Part shown: positions 36,900 to 49,258 of the stretch, piece after piece | Layout: every line of letters begins with the position of its first letter | Numbering within the stretch: the first letter of the stretch is position 1 | Assembly (NCBI GenBank): GCA_964187785.1 | Contig: OZ076409.1 | Span: 98,768,001-98,832,000 of the forward strand | Length of the DNA stretch: 64,000 nucleotides | From: Amphiscolops sp. MND2022 | Lineage: Eukaryota | Direction: 5' to 3' | The notes under the pieces: generated by a model | What the model was told of the DNA's origin: nothing | Seen by the model: only the letters and a program-made list of their open reading frames with translations | Database searches by the model: none | Position numbers and translations under genes: made by a program

Positions 36900-37188
36900 C
36901 CTATAGCAAACTATGGTGCCATTTTTACAGCCAAGTTGTCAAGCAATGGTGGGCTTGAAGCTGTGGTTTCAAAGTGACTTGCTCAAGGTCACAAAGGTCT
37001 GATTGCTCACCGTTGCTCTTTTTGTTTTGCTTTTCTCCGCCACATGCGTTACTTTGTGTCACTGACCATACCACTAAGCTAGGGATGAAGGACTTGCTTA
37101 AGGACCAACAATGGTGAGTTGAGAGAGATTCGAACCTGATACCGCCCCAGTACAGACCGAATGCTCTAACCACTACGTCATGCTCCCC
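36900..37188 (-). mobile_element. tRNA-derived SINE with a CORE-like segment
   Basis: Minus strand: GGGGAGCATGACGTAGTGG A-box and GGTTCGAATC B-box, then GTCCTTAAGCAAGTCCTT and TGTGACCTTGAGCAAGTCACTT...CTGTAAAAATGG. Confidence 0.6.
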
Positions 37189-39261
37189 ATAAGCAACATA
37201 AGGCAAATCTCAAAATCGAATTTCCCAAAAACAGTAGAGATATTTGAAAAATGGAAAATTTAAAATTTCACCAGTTTGTCAAGTTTGTTAAATTTTCATC
37301 TAGTTTACAAACTTGTTTTCTTGGAAATTATGTGATGAAATTGTGAAATGTACCATAGGCCTTTTTAGGCCAAATTTAGGTCAAAGTTGAGGATTTTTCT
37401 AACTTTTGGTCCACTTTTGCTCAAAATTTTCAAAACTTTGATGTTCAATCCACCCCATTTAAACTTATCGAAGCCCCTGATTTGTTTCGATTCAGAATTC
37501 ATTATAGGATCTCCGAAAAAGTATGCTGTAAAATCGGGCTTTTTCGAAAATACATGTATTGAGATGCGACTTTAAACAACTTGAAAAGGCTTATATTCAC
37601 AGTTACAATTCACAGTACATCCGAGGGTTGCTTGCTCTCTTTCCGCTAGCCATTTGACTGACTTCTGCTAAAAATCACTTTTTCACGTCTGAGTTGATCC
37701 CTAACTAGAAGTTGGTTGCTTTTTTCCACTGCGATTTTTTCAGAGGAACTTGTACGGTAAGTTCATCCGGGAGGTGGAGTGAGCAGCCATAAGATCCGGG
37801 AATTCGAAGCTACTTTTTATCGCTCTTTTTCCCACCATCACCAATATTTTATTGAAAAATTAGTGAAAATATTGGCAAAAACTACTCGTTTCAGTTTTGA
37901 ATTTATTCTCAGGATGACAGTTTAGAAATCACATACAAACTTGTTCACATTCTCTCTCCTTATGAAGTCACGCATTCTTGATTTATAAAATTACACACAG
38001 TGTTATTTTTCAACATAATCAAGATCAGTATGTGTGAAAAATGTTTTGTTGAAGCGAAAAACTATTCGAATAGAATGTACCTTCCTGTTGTGGAAATAAA
38101 TTTTAAATTTTACTTTTAATTCGGCCAGTTTGAAAATAGCCGTAAATTTTTCTCAAAATTCTTTAATGGGGGGGCTGAAAAGAGCCCTTTTTATTTATAA
38201 GTAATAGCACTGTACTTTGCAGAACTGCATTAATGCATGTTGTTACAGCTCCACTTTTCGGAATTCACAAATTTTGTAAAATTCGGCCGCGTTTCTTGCC
38301 AATTATGTATTTCTTACAAAATTTGTACAAGAATTGCAGCTTGTAGTAGCAATGTCGAACATTTCTAGACAGATTTTGTTTACACTCCTACAAAATTTGT
38401 ACGAAATTCTATACGTACGAAATTCTCACAAAATTGCGTCGGATACTTTTTCATAGATGAACAAAAAATCGATCAAGATTTCCCTTGATTTTTTAAGTCT
38501 CGATTGGATAACTAGGAGCGCGAATAACGTCCACGGAATGACGAGTAAAAGTGTTTCGGAAGTAAAGTCTAGTAGAAAACAGGCTGCAACAAAGGCACCA
38601 TTTAATGATCAGTCATCAAACTTGTTAGCCTAAGTTGAACAAGAGGGAAAAAGTTGGCAATATATTTGGGGCTCAAAAAAATTTGAAAAAAGTCTCACAG
38701 TGCCGAAAAAAGTGAAAGGGGGACCCTTCAGTATCGTCCGGTTTTTTATGTTACGTTTGAAAAGTAAACAAGCCGGCGCAATATCTAAGGCTCGAAAATA
38801 GCAAAAGGACTTCAAAATGTCAAAGTTTTGGTGAATTTGGAACCTTTCATGCTAAAAATTGAAAAAAAGTCGTCTCACAATGCCGAAAAAATTCTGAAAG
38901 GGATGATGGGGGACATATATCTCTGAACTATGTATTTTTTTTCGATTATGAGCCTCCTGAATTAAAATTGTGCAATTCTTGGTAAATTGGGTGAAAATCC
39001 TAGCCAAATCCAAGTCACGAAAAGAGGGGAAAATAAATAAACGAAAACCAGAAAAACGATAAAGAAAAATGAAAACTGTAGCACTGCAACAAGCTAAGCC
39101 TCAAGCAAACTGGCGTAACTTGATTTCTATCATTTATCTGTTTCCCATTGCATTGGGGATCTAATTTAGGAGCAGGCGAAGATCAACAGTTGATCGTGGT
39201 TCCATCATCAGATCTAAGACATGATAAGAAGATGAAATGCGTCCATCGTTTTCGCATGTAC

Positions 39262-39824
39262 CGTAAAGCGACAATTCGTCCCAAGCGACGATTCGTCCCA
39301 AGCGACAATTCGTCCCAAATTCCAAAAAGCGACAATTCGTCCCAAGCGACAATTCGTCCCAAGCGACGATTCGTCCCAAATTCCAAAAAGCGACAATTCG
39401 TCCCAATCATTAAAAGCTGCAATTTGTCCCGAAAAATTGCCAATAAAGACCTTTGTAATGATGAATCCGGGAAGATTACAATTAGAGGCAGGTACCAACA
39501 ATTAATTTCTACATTCTACAACAACATTCTACTTTCTAACTTCTAGTACGTTAAAATGCAACATTTTCTAATTGTTTTCACGTGCTTAAATGAATTCATT
39601 TGTAGTTGATTTGATTATTTCTTTCATTTCAACCTTCAAAAGATTGGTAATTAGCCGATCAATTAAACAATTTGGGACCAATTGTCGCTTTTTACAAATG
39701 GGACGAATTGCCGCTTTTTCAAAATGGGACGAACTGACGCTTGGGACGAATTGTCGCTTTTTGGAAATTGGAACGAATTGTCGCTTTGGACGAATTGTCG
39801 CTTGGGACGAATTGTCGCCCAACC
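39262..39824. mobile_element. Foldback/Mutator-like MITE
   Basis: Tandem GCGACAATTCGTCCCAA units in inverted arrays at the two ends; perfect 9-bp TSD CGCATGTAC. Confidence 0.82.
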
Positions 39825-40840
39825 CGCATGTACTCATTGAACAATTCTAAATCACACGCATATTAGTGAAATCGATGTCTTAACTCAAAAGACTCATTAT
39901 TTTCCCCCCAAACATTTCCCTCCTCACAGTGACTCATCGAGTTTACATTTCTTGTTGATGGGTGGTATTCCAATTTCAAGCCTTTCCTCCAAACAATTCA
40001 TCGCTTCTGCATAGTCTATATAAGTTACTATATTTCGTGCCCCTCATTATTAGTAGTATCATCAGTTTTGCGTCGCTGTTGCTTTTCGCCATTATTTGAT
40101 TGAAAAGTCATATTAATCAACTCAATCATAATTGAGCATCCTTTCATAATTGATAGCCGCTTTGAGACCATGTTTGTAATCAGTCACGTGACCGAAATAA
40201 GTAGCGGCAACGTTAGTAACCCAATGGGAGTGCTGGATTGGAACAGACGCGTCCTACCGCCTGCTGAGGCATCCGGCAAGAGATTTACCACCGGTCAACC
40301 AAAAACTATTTTGGCATATTAACGTTTGATTAATCAGATTGTGAACGCAATTTTTACTCCTACATTGAGCCTTCAACATTTCCTTGACCTTCCAACCTCA
40401 TAACACAACAAACATCCTATCTCACAAAATTCATCACCTTTTCGGTTGTATGAACGTTTCTTTTCCTAGACTATTGAGAAACGGGAAAACGATCATCTAC
40501 AAACACTCAATTATTAGATCAGTTACTACAAACACCCTCCAATTTAATAATATGGATTCTGCAGAAAACATTGAGAATGAAGAACACTCCAAGCACAATC
40601 ACCGTCTTCTTCCTTTAATGACGCACGAAACGGAGAGGAAAAACGAAGAAAGATTGATTGGAGAAGCTCCAAGGCGAGATCTTCTCATTAAAAGCTATAT
40701 CGGAGAAGGTATTAGAAAGTCACTTTTTTGTTTGAAAAATGCTTTTCTTTACTGACAAAATTACTCGGTTCGTAGAGCATATCAACTGTTTTGAATTGCC
40801 GGAATGTAACTTTTGCAACTATGAAACATTCAGTTTTTGC

Positions 40841-41657
40841 TTTTTAGTCGACGCTTTTCTGTAGCAAAGTGCGAGGCTCTCACAGTGGCTAGTTGTTTCC
40901 GTCAGGGTCCCTATCACCTTCATTTTTATAAATAATAATTAAAATTTCGTACCGCCGCTTTTTGGTTTAGAGGTTAACTCAATTTCCAAGCCTGGTGACA
41001 AGTTCAAGTCCCGCACAAAGAAAAGCTTTTCTCCCCCTTGCAAACGTAAAGGAAAGACAATAGTTCCCCCTTTTTTATAATTTTTTTCGGTACAATGCCA
41101 CTGTTTTGTATTTTTAACCGCTACAGCCCTTCGAAAATTAGCAAGCATAAATCCTTTTGGGAGCAGAGGGCCCTCTAAGGATTTTCGGCACTCAAGGTAA
41201 TTTTTCGAAAAAAATTCGGGAAAAAATTAGAAAAAAAGTTTTTTCTTTTAGTTTTTGTTTTTTGATGTTTTTCAGTTGAGGAAAACATATTTCCGAGTCC
41301 AAAGGGTGACGTCTGTGGTTATTTATTGGGCCTTTGGGACTTATGAGAGTTTTCTCAAAAATTGTGGAAAAAAGTACGGTTTTTTCGGCACTGTGCGACT
41401 TTTTCTCGAAATTTTTTTTGATCAAAGGGCATCCCTTCACGTTTTGAGAAATTATCGGATTGCAAGTGTTTTGCGAACTTCAGGGATCTCCTTTCAGGTT
41501 TGTAGAAGACGTTTCCGGAAAGAAAAAATTGACAATTTTCTCAAAAAATTAGGTTTTTGATGTTTCGGGCATTTTTGATAAAATTTTCACTGTAGTGTTC
41601 TTTCTCATATTTAAAACACTTTGCTCCTTTTGAACTTTGAGCGGGCGCCGAATTGTT
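40841..41657 (+). mobile_element. Diverged HINE copy
   Basis: TTTTTAGTCGACGCT start, GGCGCCGAAT end, family interior blocks. Confidence 0.5.
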
Positions 41658-42949
41658 ATATTTTCACCTCACAAATTTCGTTCGATTTTACAAAAACAAA
41701 GGTGGAAACCTTTTTAATCATCAAAAAGGAAGACGCTTTCAGCACGGAAGACTTTTCGCGAAGCTCCTGAAACCTAATTGAAACTGCCTAATATAAATAT
41801 TTGAAGACAGCAAAATATCAAAATTATATTGTCCAAATTGAACCAAATTTATAACCTCGCGTAAGATTTTTTCCCAAATTATGGCTAAAAAAAGTTCAAG
41901 CAATATCAGCAAACGGTTACCCGATTACAATTACAATAGCAACATTTTTAATTAATATCCGATGAACAATGTGTAATCCTTGAGGGATTGTTAGACTTGC
42001 GATAATATAAATTTACGCTTACCTATTGAATTTACATCTCAAATTAGGTCGAATGTTCCTCCTTTGATTGTAAGACCGAAAATAGATGTTTCAGAATTGT
42101 GAAACGACATAATCCAATAATATTCTTCTCTTGACTTCTAATTTTCTTTCTTATTTTTGTTTTTTTTTCTTGTGTTTTCCTCATTTGTCTTTGCTTGAAG
42201 CAATTTATTCAATACAGCAACAGACTTTCATTGAACAGCTCGACAAAAAAACAGCTCCCCGCGGCTAATGAACGGGGTAGTTACAGATCACATCAGACGA
42301 TTTTAGCCGCGCCATAGGAAGTATAAAGCGCGACTAATATAAGATTTTCTTTGTCGATTGATTCTTGTTATCATCCGCTCGAAGTATTCGAAAAAGTTCA
42401 ACAGTGATCTACATTTTTCGCCAAAGATCTAAAGTGTGTACAAATAGGTTTAAAAAGTTCTCCGTTTGATAGATAATCTCAGAAAATATATTATACCATC
42501 TAGAATAGTTTCATTTAATGGAAATCACCCCTCTGATGTTTTGAATATTTTTGTTTTGAATTTTTTTTGAGCAAAAATGGGGCGCCATTGTTTTTATGTC
42601 ACTACTTTTCTGAATTTTTTTTTCAATTATCACAAAAGGGGTCTCGCTGCATTTCAGCAAAGAAAGGCCTTTTATGCCCTTTGGTCTTTCGAATATTTCT
42701 GACGCTGATTATACAAATGCACTTTCATATATAAATGCACTTTTATAATTACACTTTGCATTTGAAAAGGATTTTTTGAAAACAACTATTTCGCTGATGA
42801 TTCGATGATCGATTTGACCTTTAAGAATACATAGGGGACTGTTGTTTATAAGATCCCACTTTCTCGATGTTACTTCAGAGTTTTTCCGAACTTCCTTTTT
42901 GTCCCAAACGTTTTTCTTCTTTCGCTCCTTAACTTGCTTTGGGCCGAGA

Positions 42950-43184
42950 AATTTTTCTCATAAAATCCGAAACAAAAGCTTTGGTAAAATGAAAAACTTT
43001 GAGAAAAAAGCACAGTGCCGAAAAACCAAAAGGAGGATTCTTTGGGCACAAAACGTCTTTTTTCTAAGTGAAATTAAATTATTAACGAATAAAAAGATCG
43101 GACACTTTGGTGGACTTAAAATTTGTGAACGACGAAAAGCCACAATAATAATAGCGTTTTACTTCGAAAAGCGCCGACTAAAAA
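42950..43184 (-). mobile_element. HINE fragment
   Basis: CACAGTGCCGAAAA block and AAAGCGCCGACTAAAA terminus. Confidence 0.55.
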
Positions 43185-43384
43185 TTTAACGTTCCTGAAC
43201 AACTTTTGAGCAGTAAATAATTTTTGAGCGAAAATTCTGAACCGAATATTTTACCAACGACCACATTATAAACGAATTTTTCTAGCTGCCCCAGCATTAT
43301 TTTTGACGTCATAATGATTTTGAGAAACGAAAATGGAGGTTAAAAGCTGAACAAATACTAACTAAGAACGCCTTTCTTGGAAAA

Positions 43385-45307
43385 TGTGGAAAATTTAGTT
43401 TTTGGCGTCTACAAAAATGCATCGCGTTTGCGCGAAGTACATATGATAGATTGAACTGTGTTAACCACGTTTTCAGACCGCCGGAACAGTGAAAACAGCT
43501 GAACAGGCTGACAATAGCATGCTTCGATATGGCTTATTTGGCAAACTAGGTTTACTTAGTAAACGAAACTTCTTAGGCAAAATTAACGAGCTAGTGAGTG
43601 ACGTCAGTGATGAAGTAATTCGAATTGACTACGTCAGAGTTGAAACTCTGTTAACGAATTTTACTAAGTCCCACTTTCGAGCGAAAACATTCTAAGATAC
43701 ACTAGGAAAAACCAAACATCACAAAATCGAAAACCCCCCCCAAGTCAGGTTTTTCTCAGAGACTATTAATTGTAGAGACTTGAAATTTGGCACACGTATA
43801 CCTGAGCTGTTATGCTACTGATCCATAAAAACGAAACCGAGCCGAGACACCCCAGCTCCGGGCTATTAGAACCGGAAGTGACATAGGTCGACCCCCCCAC
43901 GAACTCATCGGCCAAGCACGGAATAAGTCATGTAATACATGGAATCAATAGCCCATAGGATAAGAGGCCGTTTGCGCATATTTTTGGAACCCTATGACGC
44001 GTGTAGGAGGAGTACGGACCCTCAGTAAATAAACCTCGAATGTTATGTAAATAGCCAACGGATGACCGGAAGATCATGAAACTTGCCCAAGATGATCAGC
44101 TAGTAACCCTAAGTAATATACATGAAAGATACATGAATCGATACACCACGCGCGGAGTAATGTTTGTTTAAGGCACGCGGGACCGGACGCGCGGGCCCGA
44201 CCGATAAAAGACATTTGACTTTGGCTTGTAATACCTCAAACGTACCGAAACGATGAATGAAGTCGATTACTAACAAGAATGGAAACGTATTTGTAACCCA
44301 TGCGGGGGTAGCCGCCTTAAGTAAACAAACGATACGCATATCATGTAACTCGAAGACCATTGACCCTAGGATGACATAACTTGGCAGGTAGCAACACTGG
44401 ATGAAGACAAATAACTTCAAGGTCACCGATGGACCTCAAGGTCACTTTAGATGCAATCTCTGAATATATGGAAAAACTTACAATAAAACATGTAAATCAG
44501 CGTCTTTAGATGATAATTTATGCATTTCAGACAGGCGGAACAATTCGCGATGCATTGCGCCCAAAAGGACGGAAAAATAACCCTCACACGTAGAGAGCAT
44601 GTAAACCATGTAGTTGAAGGTCAGTGAACGATTGGCTCGATATTAGAAATATCTTGGGTGACTTGAATTATTATTGAAATGTGAACTTTGTACAACCTTT
44701 GTTGAAGTATTGGTCGTTGGCGGCGAAGTATGTCTGGCCGAAATATAAATAGGGCGCCGCCGTGCCATAAAAGGAATGAAACTACATGAAGTCAAAAGCA
44801 TGCAAATAAAAGAGCGACATCGGTACAACTAAAATGCGGGCGATGAACAAATATAATTGAGGCGGATTTGGAATATACTTGAATAGACACAACCGAGTTA
44901 GAGAACTACAAGCAAGTCGAGCCTCGAGACGGGGGCAAGAAACTTGGCTTCGCTATAAGAACTGGTTTGTCGTTAGCTCTAGCGATTGAACTTGAACAAG
45001 TCCGGGACTTGTGTTTTGCGCATCGAATTAGTTGACTGAATCGTGGACCTAAGCTTTAGCCAATTTGTTAACTTGATTTGATATTCTTGACGAGACGATT
45101 TGATTATCGTTATTAGAAGTTAATTGGATTATTGAACATCTCTTTTCGTGATAGATTGACTTGAGCCGAAAAACTTGAGCACTGGAGAGACTTTGGATAA
45201 GTGAGAACACGATAGAAATAACCGAACTTACTCACCAAAAATCCTTTTTCTGATAGAGTTAGATTCTTGGGAAAATCTCTCCGCCCTCGAATTCTAAATT
45301 TTCTACA
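43385..45307 (+). repeat. 5' LTR (1923 bp), TG...CA
   Basis: Near-identical direct repeat of 49259-51183. Confidence 0.95.
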
Positions 45308-45308
45308 G

Positions 45309-45326
45309 TGGCGCTCCTGGGTGGGC
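45309..45326 (+). promoter_or_regulatory. Primer binding site, tRNA-Asn type
   Basis: TGGCGCTCCTGGGTGGGC, 1 nt after the LTR. Complementary to ...GCCCACCCAGGAGCG-CCA, the form of metazoan tRNA-Asn(GUU) 3' ends. Confidence 0.8.
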
Positions 45327-45393
45327 ATTTCGTTAATTTGCTATCGTGTTACAACTTGTTACTTTGATTTTGATTTTACTGGCTGTTTGGGAG

Positions 45394-46184
45394 ATGAATC
45401 CAAACGAGAAACGAGATTTGCTGGAAGTGGCCACGCAGGCCGTTGGAAGGGTGCTGAACGATCAGCAGAACCGTATGTTCAGCAATGGTGCCCTCAGACC
45501 AGATCGATTCCCCTCTGATGCCTTTCCAAACTGGGTCCAATGGAAACTACACTTCGTTGCAGTGGCAGAGACTAACCGGTGGACCCAACGTTGCAGGCAC
45601 TCTTTGAACATTTGGACAGAGCCTTGGGTGTGCTGCGAAACGACCGAAGGGGGAGAAGTGAGTTTGAAGCACTGGCGCAGAAAGGGGATGAGAGCCTCAG
45701 GGACTTCGCGCGCAGAGTGCGGAATACCGGCATGTTAGTGTACGCCAACGTGGATGCTGAACAACGAGATGAACTCTTTCGTGAGCGTTTCGTTGAAGGT
45801 TTGTCTAATCCAGAGCTGCTCGAAGTATTACTCAGAGAAGACAACAGGACCATCAGGGAGACAGTTGATAGAGCGGTTGCCTTAGAAAATATTGCCGAAT
45901 CTCTACGCAGCCGACCCAACAAGCGCGTAGATGCAATCAGGATGACTCAAGAGGCGGGTACAATGAACAGCATCTCGGAGATGAACAAGATGAAACAGCA
46001 ACTGAAAAGATTGACTGATGAAATGAACAGTCTGACAGATATGATGACCCAATTTGTCAAAACGGTGACCCCAGTGCAGTTTATTGGTCCCTCCCAATCG
46101 AGAAAGACAGTTCGATGTTATGTGTGCGGGGTTGATGGACACATTGCAGGGAAATGCCCACGAAGACGCAGTCATTTAAACTAG
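45394..46184 (+). pseudogene. gag: Gypsy-type Gag with a C-terminal CCHC knuckle; frame broken near 45585
   Basis: MNPNEK...WKLHFVAVAETNRW in one frame; PTLQAL...QKGDESLRDFARRV...FVEGL...CYVCGVDGHIAGKC in another. Confidence 0.85.
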
Positions 46185-47476
46185 TGAGGGCCGGGGGACC
46201 ACCGCAGGAGTTAATTCTCCCGGCCGCACCAACTGGAACCCTATCGCAACAACAGGCAAAGGCAATTGTGAAAGCTGCAGCAGGGAGATTAGCTGTAAAA
46301 GCAGTACGCCACGGAGGTGCCAGTGACCAGTATCGAGACGAAAAGATGCACGTGGAAAGATTAGGAGTGGCCCGTGAAAAACTGTGTCCGATAAACGGCT
46401 TAGCTCGACAACCTGGTACACTTGCGTCGCAGGTGGATCAATTCTGCACGGTGCGAGAGGCGATAACGACGACACGAAGTCATGATTTCGAGCGTGAATT
46501 GGAGGCTGTATTGCTCCCGGACAATTGTTTTTGCGAGGCGGCGACTTCTGCAAATGCAAGTGATGATCGCGTTTTGGCAAAACCCAAGGACTCAGCTGTG
46601 GGATTCGATGCAGAAGGGAAGCGTGCGCCTCACACAGCTGTGATGACGTGTTCCCCATTGACGAACGACTTTGAAGTGCTTCTTCGGAGTCGAGAGACCG
46701 TTGTTGAAGATATAAACTGGGAACAGGGGCACTTGACAGAAGTGTTGGTCGTTGAACATCAACACCAGAGACTGATGGAGGAGCGTTGGAATCCAGCAAC
46801 TTCCGCTGTGAAAGACGTTGACGATGCAATGATAGATGAAATGTTGAAAACGATTGAAGAGCTCGATGAATCACATGACCTGTCCGAGGAGGATGAAGCA
46901 ATCATTGACGCTCTATTAGGAGAATTGGATCTGGAAAACGCAGACCAAGAGAGAGGCGGACGGTCTGAGCTTCTTGAATTGGAAAAGGGCATTGTACATG
47001 GCAATGGTGTTCACAAGATGTTGACTGAAAGTGTCTGTGATGTCACCAAGGCAACCGGCAGATCAGAGACGGACATCGAAGCAGAAGGGAGGTGCTTCTT
47101 CCCAAGTACTGAAGCGAAAGGCAGTCTTGAGCGACATTGCTGCCACACCCTTGATGAAGCTATCCCCCAACGCCCAGCTCTCACCCAAAGAACACGATTC
47201 TGGGTACCCCACAGGAAGCATTGTAGGCGCAGAACGGAAGATCAGCAAATGGGATTGCAACGACGGAGTTGGCCGACCCACCGAAAACATGGCAGCTGGA
47301 AAGCTGTCCAACAGATGGGACAACCGCCGCCGCTGCAACTGAGATCAGATGGGGCACGTCGCTGGCGCAGTCAGAGGAAGAGAGTGAAGTGGAAAAGCGG
47401 AAAGCGAGCCGACGGCAAGGCGTGCCCACCAGACGACGCAGCGATGTACGTGAAACTCCATCCACCGAACACTTGA
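46154..47476 (+). CDS. Unknown 440-aa ORF in the -1 frame of gag (acidic middle, Arg/Trp-rich basic C-terminus)
   Basis: Uninterrupted ORF in the slot normally taken by pol; lacks D(S/T)G, YxDD, RNase H and DDE motifs. Confidence 0.6.
   Translation: MPTKTQSFKLVRAGGPPQELILPAAPTGTLSQQQAKAIVKAAAGRLAVKAVRHGGASDQYRDEKMHVERLGVAREKLCPINGLARQPGTLASQVDQFCTVREAITTTRSHDFERELEAVLLPDNCFCEAATSANASDDRVLAKPKDSAVGFDAEGKRAPHTAVMTCSPLTNDFEVLLRSRETVVEDINWEQGHLTEVLVVEHQHQRLMEERWNPATSAVKDVDDAMIDEMLKTIEELDESHDLSEEDEAIIDALLGELDLENADQERGGRSELLELEKGIVHGNGVHKMLTESVCDVTKATGRSETDIEAEGRCFFPSTEAKGSLERHCCHTLDEAIPQRPALTQRTRFWVPHRKHCRRRTEDQQMGLQRRSWPTHRKHGSWKAVQQMGQPPPLQLRSDGARRWRSQRKRVKWKSGKRADGKACPPDDAAMYVKLHPPNT
46175..46225 (+). 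promoter_or_regulatory. Putative -1 programmed ribosomal frameshift signal
   Basis: T TTA AAC heptamer in gag phase just before the TAG, a 7-nt spacer, then a 10-bp stem GGCCGGGGGA / TCTCCCGGCC. Confidence 0.7.
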
Positions 47477-49258
47477 GTATTAAATTTGACAAAACTGATT
47501 AGGAAACACTAACATTTTCCTTTTAAATTTATTTGTTAATTCAGTATATTTCTTGCTGTCGGGCAGATTGAAGTTCGCCGAAGCTAAGTTATGCAAGATG
47601 ATGAGACTGTTTCAATGTTTTCAATAGTAACTTTGCTTGGATTCGAGGCCGAACTTCGAAAAACCCGTTTCTTGTTTTTATTTTCTTTTTCTTTAAATTT
47701 TCCGACCCAACCCTGACCCTAACAGATTACATTTATGAAAGCGCCTATGAACATACCCACACCCCTCTCTCGCGACCCCTACCCTAGTGCTACACTCCTT
47801 GTTGTTTTGTTAGGTGCAACAAATAACCCCAACCAATCCAAACTTATCCTCGAACATGTAAACTAGGATCAGTAGAATTCGTCCTTTACGCATTGCCAAA
47901 AGGAAAAGATGCAATAATATTATTTTAGTAGGTTAATAGGGATGAAGCGATGGAAAGATGAAATTAGAGTGAAAATGATAGTTTTTGTACAAATGAATTC
48001 AAGATAAGAAGTCTGGAGCGGTCGTTTTCTTAAAAACTCTGTGCAACGTTCGTCGGGCCAATCGGAGCCGAATCGTCTGACCCTCGACGTTTTCCCCTGG
48101 GATCGGGAGATGCAGCAGGAACAGGGCAAATTCGACCCAACCAGGCGACTGATATTCTAGTAAAAACTGCTCGCCATCCTCCAATACCATTTTGACATCG
48201 TAACCACCGTCCACACTCAGGCTCTGAGTAGAGAAAGCCCTTCGATATTAGAGCGACGCCCATCGCAGTCGTATTAGGATATTCTCGTGCACCATGGTTC
48301 TCACTTATCACGGAATTTTGTAAGAGACGTAAAACTTTGAAAGATGTAAAGTAGAATTTTGTAGTTCCGAAACGTCGAGTTGGCGAAAGCTGTTGGTGAA
48401 GAGTAAATTTGCTAAGTAAACAAAACATTCGACAGCGAGAAATCCACCTCATGTAATCTTTGATTCTTGACGAACTTTAAGACGTGAATAACATAACAAG
48501 CAAGTAAGGAATCATGAAAGTCCATACCCGAATGTTGCCGATATAGAATAAGACCACAGGAAAATCTTTGTTTACCCTCTAAATAGCTCTCTAAATAAAA
48601 GTTGGATAAAGAAACGCATCTATCATAAGGAATTACCCGTCGTTTGATACCTATTGTTCTTGCAATTGCATAGATGGCTTTCGGAAAATTTTTCTTTGAC
48701 TGGCCCCTACCGGACCGAACCAGACCGGTAAGATTGGATCGAATTAGGTGCTGGTTCGGTGGAGAACCTATCGTCGTCGACATTTTCTGTCGTGATTTCC
48801 ATTGCCAAGAAGTAATTACAATACCGCCGAGGACAATGCCGTGGAATGAATTGTTTGATTTGCTGTGGGACTGGCTGGGCGATAGTACGAACCCATCAAC
48901 AAGATCAAGAGATTGAGGATGTCATCGATTTAATAGACTATATGAGCGACTTCATAAGACCCCCCCTTGTGCGTCAATGATTCGGAGGAGTTCTACCGAA
49001 TGAGTCGAGTTATTTTTAGTCTTTGTTAATTTATAGTCGTTTTAACTGATGTCTAAATTGCCTACTTTAACGTTTTTTTTTGATTGGATGTTACACTAGT
49101 TCATCATTATTGTAGATAAACATCCAGCGGAGCTATGGACGCTTTGATTAACTCAACCCCACCTAACCAATTATATATGTGTAACCTTGATCCCACGATT
49201 CAGCCAACGATAATACCGTTAAGTTTATTCGGGAGAATAAAAGCCCAGAAGGGAAGAG

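Noticed and set aside
37110..37188. Functional tRNA gene
   Set aside because: The acceptor stem does not pair and the sequence continues into a SINE body.
39262..39410. Short regular repeats resembling a CRISPR array (also 35895-36010 and 51940-52210)
   Set aside because: No unique spacers and no cas genes. The repeats are mirrored at the other end of TSD-flanked elements in a eukaryotic context.
43489..44828. Short ORFs repeated identically at 49363-50704
   Set aside because: Their identity simply reflects the duplicated LTR; no coding signature.
47705..47725. CCCTGACCCTAAC telomere-like motif
   Set aside because: Only about two imperfect units, inside a retroelement.
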